The position numbers were made by a program, and so were the translations under genes. Positions 10,354 through 17,561 of a DNA stretch of 64,000 nucleotides are shown one piece after another. Each line of letters begins with the position of its first letter. Within the stretch, counting starts at the first letter, position 1. Source of the DNA: a virus (Duplodnaviria > Caudoviricetes). A model generated the notes under the pieces. It ran no database searches, was not told the DNA's origin, and was given only the letters and a program-made list of their open reading frames with translations. The stretch lies in the IMG/VR virus record IMGVR_UViG_3300033121_001571, one strand, 5' to 3'.

Positions 10354-11020
10354 TTACCAAGTACCTCGCAACCAGTCAGAAAGTCTCCAAGAGTTTCCTG
10401 TGCGATGGTCTTTTACTTGGTCTTCTTGTGTTCTGTAGGTTCTAATCTTGTCGCCTCGCATCCCAGAACCCACTTGATCTTTTCTGTCTTTTTCTTTTTC
10501 TTTTCTAGATCTCTCTAGTTCTTGTTCACTAAGTTTTGCAGCAAGGATCTTGTATGCTGTTGCTTTGTTTTGGTGCTGAGATCGTTCGTTATCAATTCTA
10601 ACTTGAAGTCCTGTTGGTTTGTGAGTCGCTATTACGCAACTCTCAGTTTTATTTCTGTTTTGACCACCAGGTCCCGAACCTCTCGCTGTTGTGATCTCTA
10701 CATCTCTATAATCGAGAGAAAAGTTTGTTTCATCTGAATCTAAGATAGCAACAGTGACTGTAGATGTATGAACTCTACCACGTTTTTCATTTGGTGGAAT
10801 CCTCTGCCAACGGTGTCCACCAGACTCATTTTTAAATATTTCTTTTACGTTTTTGCCGCTTATAAAAAGCTGTACATAACCCGGTCTTGAATCAACGACT
10901 TGACAGTCAAAGACACCTCTTGACAGAGATGTTTGTGTAAGCTTTCATCTGTTCAGACACAAGTGACTTTGCATCATCGCCGCCTTCAGCAGCTCTTATT
11001 TCTAAGATTATTGTTTCCAT
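10354..11020 (-). CDS. Class I peptide chain release factor (RF1-like, lacking domain 1), expressed through a +1 programmed frameshift; about 221 aa
   Basis: Frame 0 is METIILEIRAAEGGDDAK...KRCL, then TGA. The +1 frame continues DCQVVD...ESGGHRWQRIPPNEKRGRVHTSTVTVAIL...GSGPGGQNRNKTES...ERSQHQNK...GSGMRGDKIRTY...DHRTG to TAA at 10354. The gene is missed by the ORF track. Confidence 0.92.
10906..10921 (-). promoter_or_regulatory. prfB-type +1 ribosomal frameshift cassette AAGAGG-TGT-CTT-TGA-C
   Basis: Internal SD-like AGAGG, 3-nt spacer, CUU-UGA-C: the same geometry as the bacterial RF2 frameshift site. Confidence 0.88.
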
Positions 11021-11061
11021 TAGTTTTCAACTCCAACTCTCAGAGTTATGTATTAAAAATT

Positions 11062-11173
11062 TGTAGTTGTGACTAGGTTCGAACTAGTAACTAGAGTCCT
11101 TTCAACTCTAACTCTACCTTGCTTTGTTACACAAGACGTCACGTGAACAAAGACTTGAGTTTACACAACTACA
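11062..11173 (-). ncRNA. tRNA-like RNA with a ~35-nt hairpin inserted in the D loop
   Basis: AGTTGTG/CACAACT acceptor, ACTC/GAGT D stem enclosing CTTTGTT...AACAAAG, AGAGT-TGAAAGG-ACTCT arm, ACTAG-TTCGAAC-CTAGT T arm. Confidence 0.65.
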
Positions 11174-11174
11174 G

Positions 11175-11255
11175 TGCCAGAAGAGGGACTTGAACCCTCA
11201 AGCCTTTCGGCGCCGGCTTCTAAGACCGGTGTGTATGCCGTTCCACCATTCTGGC
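11175..11255 (-). tRNA. tRNA-Leu(TAG)
   Basis: CCGGT-CTTAGAA-GCCGG with a long variable arm. Confidence 0.92.
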
Positions 11256-11375
11256 GTTGAAAAAAAATTCAATTCATAGCTGGCATAGTGCAGATCTATG
11301 CTGTGACTACAGGTCGACTGGGGTTCGGTAACCAGAACACAAACTGACTAAGGGACAGCTTTCCCAACCGACTAG

Positions 11376-11458
11376 TGTCATCGGAGGGAGTCGAACCCTC
11401 ACGTTCTTTCGAACACATGCACCTCAAGCATGTGCGGCTGCCGTTACGCCACGATGAC
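11376..11458 (-). tRNA. tRNA-Leu(GAG)
   Basis: CATGC-TTGAGGT-GCATG with a long variable arm. Confidence 0.9.
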
Positions 11459-11464
11459 ATTGAA

Positions 11465-11582
11465 AACGTAATTTTGGGACTCGAACCCATCTCCCCTCGC
11501 AACCGAGATCCGTCTCATGCACGAGTCGAACGTGCCAGTTACTACTCCGTCGAGGCGTAGCGCCAACCTACCCAATTACGTT
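11465..11582 (-). ncRNA. tRNA-like RNA with two T-arms (anticodon loop replaced by a ~50-nt domain)
   Basis: AACGTAATT/AATTACGTT closing stem, GTAG/CTAC D arm, CCTCG/CGAGG stem enclosing GCACG-TTCGACT-CGTGC, terminal TGGG-TTCGAGT-CCCA T arm. Confidence 0.65.
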
Positions 11583-11584
11583 AG

Positions 11585-11652
11585 AGCCCAATCAAGGAAT
11601 TGAACCTTGTCTCTGCTTATGATCGCAGTGTGTTTCCGTACACTAGTCGGGC
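11585..11652 (-). tRNA. Degenerate tRNA (CAT-containing 8-nt loop)
   Basis: GCCCGAC/ATTGGGC acceptor, CTGC-GATCATAA-GCAG, CAAGG-TTCAATT-CCTTG T arm. Confidence 0.55.
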
Positions 11653-11739
11653 ACTTGAATTTGTCTCTACTCACTGTTGAAGTGAGCTAACACGCCACGT
11701 TACTGGAACTTCTTCGTTTTGTAAGCGACGTAGAGAAAA

Positions 11740-12047
11740 CTGTTGATTGCTTGATCACTCGGCAGAGATCTCACTCTCTGCACCTCAACAACAAAGTCAC
11801 GTTGTTCTGTCACAGAACTCAGTCGCTAGCTAAGCGACATCAACATTCTGGTGAGAATTTACTCACATGCACCCAAGTTCTGAGTCCATTGTCGGTGCAC
11901 TAGTTACGATAGTGAATAAGGAACTGCCTGATCACTTCGTAACTGACATTACGCTTCCTCATTGTATTAGACCTGACCAGTTCCTGGCGTCAGTGCTTTA
12001 CTCCGAACAGAGTTAAGTTCAGCCACGAGTGATCAAGCAATCAACAG
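11740..12047 (-). ncRNA. 308-nt structured non-coding RNA of unknown class
   Basis: Perfect 22-bp terminal inverted repeat (11740-11761/12026-12047), several internal hairpins, no ORF, embedded in the tRNA array. Strand is inferred from the flanking tRNAs. Confidence 0.7.
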
Positions 12048-12121
12048 AGTCGAGAGTGAGAATCGAACTCACATGTTCACGGAGTTTGCAGTTCCGCCGC
12101 TGGCCTTTGGCGTTTCTCGAC
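12048..12121 (-). tRNA. tRNA-Cys(GCA)
   Basis: CGGAA-CTGCAAA-CTCCG; U73. Confidence 0.85.
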
Positions 12122-12196
12122 AAAAATCGATAAAACACTTTTCATTCAGTGTCAATCGATTAGCGTGAATCTCAAATTTTAACTTGAGATTCACAG

Positions 12197-12268
12197 TCAG
12201 GAAGGAGGGACTCGAACCCCCGCCCACCGGTTTCCAGAACCGGGAGTCTGCCGCTGACGTACTTCCTG
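12197..12268 (-). tRNA. tRNA-Pro(TGG) with C33
   Basis: CCGGT-TCTGGAA-ACCGG; C1:G72 and A73 as in tRNA-Pro. Confidence 0.75.
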
Positions 12269-12273
12269 ATTGT

Positions 12274-12355
12274 AGTTAACGACAGGATTTAACCTGTATG
12301 CTTTTCAGCGTCCCCTCGCACTTGAAGAGATGTGTCTACTTTCCACCACGTTAAC
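12274..12355 (-). tRNA. Degenerate Leu-like tRNA (CAA in a 9-nt loop, 6-nt T loop)
   Basis: GTTAACG/CGTTAAC acceptor, Leu-type GTGGAA..GTAGACAC D arm, long variable arm. Confidence 0.5.
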
Positions 12356-12358
12356 AAG

Positions 12359-12432
12359 CGCTCTCGGTAGGATTCGAACCTACGACCTCACCGTTCGAAG
12401 CGGTGCACTCTATTCCACTAAGTTACGAGAGC
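12359..12432 (-). tRNA. tRNA-Arg(TCG)
   Basis: CACCG-CTTCGAA-CGGTG. Confidence 0.92.
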
Positions 12433-12437
12433 AATTG

Positions 12438-12508
12438 TAACCGCAGTTAGACTCGAACTAACACTTTTACCGTGTCGAGGTAATGTTCTACCTTTGAACT
12501 ATGCAGTC
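12438..12508 (-). tRNA. tRNA-Val(GAC)
   Basis: TTACC-TCGACAC-GGTAA. Confidence 0.85.
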
Positions 12509-12510
12509 AT

Positions 12511-12585
12511 TGGTGGGAGTGCTTGGAGTTGAACCAAGCTACTCGAGCTTATAAGGCTCGATGGGTCGACCGGTCCCACACTCCC
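12511..12585 (-). tRNA. tRNA-Ile(TAT)
   Basis: CGAGC-CTTATAA-GCTCG; CCA encoded. Confidence 0.85.
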
Positions 12586-12593
12586 AAACTAAC

Positions 12594-12669
12594 TGGTGAC
12601 CTTGACGGGATTCGAACCCGTGTAAAGACATTGAAAGCGTCTTGTCCTGGACCGCTAGACGACAAGGCC
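12594..12669 (-). tRNA. tRNA-Glu(TTC)
   Basis: AGACG-CTTTCAA-TGTCT; CCA. Confidence 0.9.
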
Positions 12670-12677
12670 AAACTAAC

Positions 12678-12754
12678 TGGTGCCACAGGTGAGATTCGAA
12701 CTCACAACAAATCGTTTTTGAGACGATCACCTCTGCCGATTGGGTCACTGTGGC
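12678..12754 (-). tRNA. tRNA-Leu(CAA) with a short variable loop
   Basis: ATCGT-CTCAAAA-ACGAT; CCA; no long variable arm. Confidence 0.85.
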
Positions 12755-12757
12755 AAT

Positions 12758-12833
12758 TGGAGCTAGCGAAGGGAGTCGAACCCTCAACCTACTGCTTACA
12801 AGGCAGGTGCTCTGCCGGTTGAGCTACGCTAGC
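12758..12833 (-). tRNA. tRNA-Thr(TGT)
   Basis: CTGC-CTTGTAA-GCAG; CCA. Confidence 0.93.
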
Positions 12834-12943
12834 AAACCCATCTCTTGTTGAAAACCAACATCTCCCTTTTGGTGTGTGAGGGTGTTTTTTCTTAAACTAA
12901 AGAGATGGTAAGTAAAGCAAAGACACACGTCTTTTACGTTACT

Positions 12944-13029
12944 TGGTAGCCCTGGTCGGACTTGAACCGACACGTCCTTACGAACAGAGGATTTTAAATC
13001 CTCGGCGTCTGCCTTTCCGCCACAGGGCC
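12944..13029 (-). tRNA. tRNA-Leu(TAA)
   Basis: GAGGA-TTTAAAA-TCCTC with a long variable arm; CCA. Confidence 0.93.
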
Positions 13030-13038
13030 ATGTATCAG

Positions 13039-13111
13039 AGCTACACGTGAGAGTCGAACTCACCGCACCTTGCTTACCATGCAAGGATTTCCCCACGGAA
13101 ATCTGTGTAGC
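13039..13111 (-). tRNA. tRNA-Thr(GGT)
   Basis: CTTGC-ATGGTAA-GCAAG. Confidence 0.85.
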
Positions 13112-13116
13112 ATTTG

Positions 13117-13190
13117 AGCTAACAGCGAGATTCGAACTCGCTCAATCTCACTTACGAAATGAGTACTCTGTCCTTACGAGCATTGTTAGC
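13117..13190 (-). tRNA. tRNA-Thr(CGT)
   Basis: CTCAT-TTCGTAA-GTGAG. Confidence 0.87.
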
Positions 13191-13193
13191 ACT

Positions 13194-13270
13194 TGGGTGA
13201 AGATCGGGAATCGAACCCTGAACCGACTGGGTCACAACCAGTCATGCAGAACCACTACAACATCTCCACC
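13194..13270 (-). tRNA. tRNA-His(GTG)
   Basis: ACTGG-TTGTGAC-CCAGT; G-1:C73; CCA. Confidence 0.9.
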
Positions 13271-13317
13271 ATGTTAGAAGACTATAACACCCTTAGAACC
13301 GTGTTACACTCCGCCGG

Positions 13318-13389
13318 CGCCCAAGAAGAGATTCGAACTCTTGCTTTTGGTTTCGTAGACCAATGTTCTATCCACTAAACTACAAGGGC
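13318..13389 (-). tRNA. tRNA-Arg(ACG)
   Basis: TTGGT-CTACGAA-ACCAA. Confidence 0.88.
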
Positions 13390-13394
13390 ATTAG

Positions 13395-13467
13395 TGTTGG
13401 AAGTCAGAATCGAACTGACCTATTCTGGGCTTCAACCAGACGCTTTCACCAGTACAGCTTTTCCAAC
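13395..13467 (-). tRNA. tRNA-Phe(GAA)
   Basis: TCTGG-TTGAAGC-CCAGA. Confidence 0.85.
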
Positions 13468-13535
13468 ATTTCAGAGTCTCTCCTCTGTGTCACGTTTTGA
13501 AGCCAACGTTGTGCCCAGCGTAAAGCTGGCCTTCG

Positions 13536-13608
13536 TCGGCCCGGCAGGATTCGAACCTGCGACATCTGCTTTGTAGGAGCAGCGTTACTACCGCTGAACT
13601 ACGGGCCG
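13536..13608 (-). tRNA. tRNA-Val(TAC)
   Basis: CTGCT-CCTACAA-AGCAG. Confidence 0.87.
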
Positions 13609-13631
13609 TGAAGACACAAATTTTCAAAGAC

Positions 13632-13708
13632 TGGTCTGGGTGGCAGGATTTGAACCTGCGGCCCCGAGCTCCCAAGGCTCGTGCGCTACCAGACTACGCT
13701 ACACCCAG
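13632..13708 (-). tRNA. tRNA-Pro(TGG)
   Basis: CGAGC-CTTGGGA-GCTCG; CCA. Confidence 0.92.
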
Positions 13709-13949
13709 TCAACTTACTTTTTTCTTTTTCTGACTGTCTCTGTCAGAGAGCCGATTTCAAACTCTTTTGAGTCACGGCTTGTTATGTTCGGTTGGAAGAA
13801 ACAGCTCACTAGGGACTAAAAATCCCGTTAGAACTGTACGTGTTATTTCCAACATCAACATCTGAAGAACCGAAGTGCTTGTAATGATAAGATATACCAC
13901 ACAGAGCTTTTGTGCACTCAGAGTGTGCACTTTTTCACTTTTTTATTTT

Positions 13950-14720
13950 TTATGACTTTGGTTGTCTTGAAACGTTCAAAACACCCTCTGAAGAAATTGC
14001 GTGACAAAATCTTTCGTCTCGAAGTAAATCGAGAATATCCATTCTGTTGTTGTCAAGTAAACACTCTCTAGCAACTAACCTAATCCCGTGTGAATAGTCT
14101 GCATAAGTTGATTCGTGACCCAAGTACAAAGGTTGTATATTTTTTCCTGTAGATCTGTGCCACCCATATATTGCAACCTGATCTGGGTGTTTTGATAACA
14201 GATTGGTCAGTACAACATCTTTTTTGTGTCCAACTATAAGAGACTTAGGATCAAAACCTAAATTTTTGATCTGGTTGTTTATCCTAGAATTGTGTTCTTT
14301 GTAACGATATGAACTCATCATAGACGCGTCGTAAGGTGCTCCCCACGGCATTGGTTCTAATTTTTGATCCGTCGCGCGCCAGATCAGTGATACGATCGAA
14401 CTTGTGGGTAGCGTGCAATTATATGCATCCATCACTTGTTGTGCTGATAGTGGAGACATTGGTATTCTTACGTAATCATCATCAGTACCGATACAAAGAT
14501 AATCTTTTGCTACACTTAAAGTCAACTTCGAAGCTTCTTTAGAGTCTTTTGGCAAAAAGAACAACGATATGTCTTCTAATTCTTTTAGAAATTCAGGAAC
14601 ACACCCGTCTAACAGGTGTTCTACTATAAGTTTTTCTCTTATATTTCTTTTCACAGACCAAATTTTGTTCATAAATTCAGTGCCAGTGACAACCTTTTTT
14701 GTCTTGATCTCAAGTTTCAT
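13950..14720 (-). CDS. Conserved hypothetical protein, possible cell-wall hydrolase
   Basis: Blocks DYLCIGTDDDYVRIPMSP, GHKKDVVL, VAIYGWH and YADYSHGIRLV look like a conserved enzyme family. The function is a guess. Confidence 0.45.
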   Translation of the reverse strand: MKLEIKTKKVVTGTEFMNKIWSVKRNIREKLIVEHLLDGCVPEFLKELEDISLFFLPKDSKEASKLTLSVAKDYLCIGTDDDYVRIPMSPLSAQQVMDAYNCTLPTSSIVSLIWRATDQKLEPMPWGAPYDASMMSSYRYKEHNSRINNQIKNLGFDPKSLIVGHKKDVVLTNLLSKHPDQVAIYGWHRSTGKNIQPLYLGHESTYADYSHGIRLVARECLLDNNRMDILDLLRDERFCHAISSEGVLNVSRQPKS

Positions 14721-16351
14721 TAAAGTTTTAACGGTTCTACGTTCAAGTCTTCAAAAAACTCTGGGAAAAATTCAGAGTTCTGTTTTAACAGATCTATGAA
14801 GCACTCGTCTAATATGTATGTCTTCGTCCAATCTTGGTGATTTCTAACGCACCTTCCGACTGTCTGCACTAAAGTTCTGACGGTATTCCAGGTGTACCAC
14901 TCTGGAGATTTTGCCATTTTTATTTTTGTGACTTCATCTCCTATGTAAGGAAATGGAATTTTGCAGATAACTTGAAATCTACCCAAATCATCTTTTAGAT
15001 CTAGCCCTTCCATCATTGCTGGTGAAACTATGACTGTTGGTTCTTTTGAAGAAAAGTGATTCTTAAGAATCAGATCTCTATCATTAGATGATTTTTGTAC
15101 TAACAATCTTGGGTCTTTGATCTTTGATATTTCATCTGTGATATTGTATGTCACAGTGTGAATTACACCCTTTTCATTTTTGTGATTTTGCAAGATCTGC
15201 TTGATAGCTTTAGCAATTTTTGGAGATGTGTTTTGAATGTCTTTTTTTGCCATAGAGCCAACAGGAATGTATGTTAGCCCGTATGAGCTAGACTTAAAAG
15301 GACTCTGTATACTGATGAAATCTGTTTTGCTGTCATCTAAACCACAAGATTTATAGAATATGTCCTTTTTCAAAACCGTAGCAGACAAGAATAACTTCTT
15401 CTTACCCATAACGTATAGTAACTTGTTTGCACCTTCTCCAACTTCAATCGGTTTTACTGTGCATTCTCTAGCGTTCTTATTGTAGTCGTTATAAACACAC
15501 ACATAGTTGTCTTTAGACGATGTTTTATCTAACAAAAAACGATTGAGTTGACACAAGTGTTTGTCTAACATCTCGTTTTTCTTTGCAAGAGAAAGAAATA
15601 AAACATCATTCACGCTGTTCTTTTTCACTGCTTTGACAAGCTTCTTGCTAGTTTTCTCTAACAATTCTTTTAAAGCAGGAGCATATTCGTTTTCTAACCA
15701 CCACATAAAATTTTCTCTTTGTCCAAAACTGATCTTCAGTTCTTTATTACAAAATTTCTCTTCTATAAGAGTTGAAGACCACTTTCTAGTTTCATTTTCA
15801 ATGCAGTGTGCTTCATCAAAAACAACTAGCTCTCTTGGTTGAAGAGCACCAGCATACACAGTCTCAGACAGAAGATAGGAGTAATTTGTGATTCCAACAC
15901 ACGCTGCTATGAAACTTTTTTTGCACTGTTTATAAGCACAGTCAGAATCTTTTTTTGCACATGGAATTACTCTGTGAGCTTTTTCACCAAATAAACCTAT
16001 GATCCTAGAAGTTTCTGCACAACTCTGTTTAGAATTCCAAGAACAAGTAAAATTTGAAGAAGAACGTATGTCTCTGACTACGTCACTAAAATCCTTGATA
16101 TATTGATCTTGAAGAGATTTCTGTGAAGTCAATACATACGCAGAACCAATTTCATCACTAGATGAAAATTGTTCTGACATCTTACCCAAAGTAACCGCTA
16201 TTGCAGATTTTCCAATCCCAGTACCAAGTTCAGCGACTACGTAATCTTTTTGTTTGACGTAAAAACTGTCAACAATAAAATCAAGTGCTCGAGCTTGTTC
16301 ATCTCTGACCTTATCAAATGGAAAATGCGGCCGCCAGTCAAGACTTTTGCT
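14720..16351 (-). CDS. DinG/XPD-family SF2 helicase
   Basis: Q motif R.EQ, ELGTGIGKS (Walker A), LQDQY, DEAH, LSAT, EGLDL..DLGRFQVICKIPFP and QTVGRCVR. Confidence 0.9.
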   Translation of the reverse strand, partial: SKSLDWRPHFPFDKVRDEQARALDFIVDSFYVKQKDYVVAELGTGIGKSAIAVTLGKMSEQFSSSDEIGSAYVLTSQKSLQDQYIKDFSDVVRDIRSSSNFTCSWNSKQSCAETSRIIGLFGEKAHRVIPCAKKDSDCAYKQCKKSFIAACVGITNYSYLLSETVYAGALQPRELVVFDEAHCIENETRKWSSTLIEEKFCNKELKISFGQRENFMWWLENEYAPALKELLEKTSKKLVKAVKKNSVNDVLFLSLAKKNEMLDKHLCQLNRFLLDKTSSKDNYVCVYNDYNKNARECTVKPIEVGEGANKLLYVMGKKKLFLSATVLKKDIFYKSCGLDDSKTDFISIQSPFKSSSYGLTYIPVGSMAKKDIQNTSPKIAKAIKQILQNHKNEKGVIHTVTYNITDEISKIKDPRLLVQKSSNDRDLILKNHFSSKEPTVIVSPAMMEGLDLKDDLGRFQVICKIPFPYIGDEVTKIKMAKSPEWYTWNTVRTLVQTVGRCVRNHQDWTKTYILDECFIDLLKQNSEFFPEFFEDLNVEPLKL

Positions 16352-16403
16352 CATCAATATTTTGTACAAAATACTGAAGCTGTGTATTGTTTAAAGTTCT
16401 TAT

Positions 16404-17555
16404 ATGTTGGATATGTATGCAAGTCTAATGTTAAATGACAAGAACAGATTAAGAAAGACGTATCCAAGTATAAGACAAAAAGAACTTAATCTAGATGAAC
16501 AATATACGTTAAATTTTGACAGAAATCGACTTAGAAAAATATACAGTAATTTACGAATTCGACCACCCGTATCACTTTTATCAACAGAAATAAATTATCT
16601 TGATTTACGTGCAGCAATTATTACTGAAAATTGGGGAAGTTCTCTTCCAACTAGTACGCCTTCTGTAGTCACAAATCAAACTGGTGTTGGTAACGCAAAA
16701 GACACATGGCCATCAGATTGTTCTCGTGTTGATCAAATTACTGTATCAACGCAAAGAGGCGGCGTAAGTAGAGTTCATTTATGTTACCCTGCGGCTTCGC
16801 CTGCTCTTCACGCTGTACGTAATCGTTTAATTTTAATGCACAATGGACACTCAGAATCATATCTTTCTGATAGAAATCCTGGCACTGGTAGTGCATACCT
16901 AATGTATAGATTATTACGACAAGGATACCACGTACTATCACCATGTATGCCAACAGATGGGTGGAACGCAAGTCAAAGTTTCACTAAACTTGACTCTACA
17001 CCAGTAACAATATCAAATCACGATTTTTCTGTCTTAGAGACTGACGGTGCAAAACCTCTAAGATTTTTTGTTGATGGCTCTTTAGTAGCAATAAATTATG
17101 TTCTTAACCTGTTTGGTTGGACGTATGTTGATGCAGTAGGAATATCAGGCGGAGGATGGACCATTGATTTTATTTCTTCACTTGATACTAGAATTCGTAG
17201 ATCTATACCTGTATTTGGTTCATTGCCTTTTTACCTCAGACAGGCCGCGGGGGGTCCAGGTGATAATGGCGACTGGGAACAATCATCTAATAGACCGTGG
17301 TGGACTATATTAGGTGATTATGAGTCAACATGCATTCTAAATTGTATTGATAATGGAAGAAAAAGAATTCAGTGTTTAGGTATGACAGATACCATCTTTC
17401 CAGCAGCTACAATTTTACCACAGATAAGTGCTTATCAAGCATTTGTAGATTCAAAAGTTCCAGTCGGACAACACGTTATTTGGATTGATTCTACAGCCGC
17501 TGGGCATTGGTACACTGAATCAATGATTGATCAAATTGTCAATTATCTAGAGTAG
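16404..17555 (+). CDS. Alpha/beta-hydrolase fold protein (esterase-like)
   Basis: HNGH oxyanion region, GISGGG nucleophile elbow, Asp in 'DTIF' and C-terminal His (GHWY). Confidence 0.7.
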   Translation: MLDMYASLMLNDKNRLRKTYPSIRQKELNLDEQYTLNFDRNRLRKIYSNLRIRPPVSLLSTEINYLDLRAAIITENWGSSLPTSTPSVVTNQTGVGNAKDTWPSDCSRVDQITVSTQRGGVSRVHLCYPAASPALHAVRNRLILMHNGHSESYLSDRNPGTGSAYLMYRLLRQGYHVLSPCMPTDGWNASQSFTKLDSTPVTISNHDFSVLETDGAKPLRFFVDGSLVAINYVLNLFGWTYVDAVGISGGGWTIDFISSLDTRIRRSIPVFGSLPFYLRQAAGGPGDNGDWEQSSNRPWWTILGDYESTCILNCIDNGRKRIQCLGMTDTIFPAATILPQISAYQAFVDSKVPVGQHVIWIDSTAAGHWYTESMIDQIVNYLE

Positions 17556-17561
17556 ATAATC

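Noticed and set aside
10522-10737. + strand 71-aa ORF
   Set aside because: It is antisense to the frameshifted release-factor gene.
11740-12047. RNase P RNA or tmRNA identity (GAGGAAG and ACAGAAC words are present)
   Set aside because: There is no convincing P4 helix and no tRNA-like T arm or CCA end, so it is left unclassified.
13468-13534. tRNA-associated HDV-like (theta) ribozyme after tRNA-Val
   Set aside because: Some pseudoknot-like pairing exists, but the P1/P2/P3/P1.1 order and catalytic C could not be placed.
8424-13675. Many short ORF-track calls over the tRNA arrays (e.g. 8424-8756, 12523-12822, 13047-13277; also 23883-24338)
   Set aside because: They are shadow translations of tRNA genes (GxEP motifs come from T loops) and not proteins.
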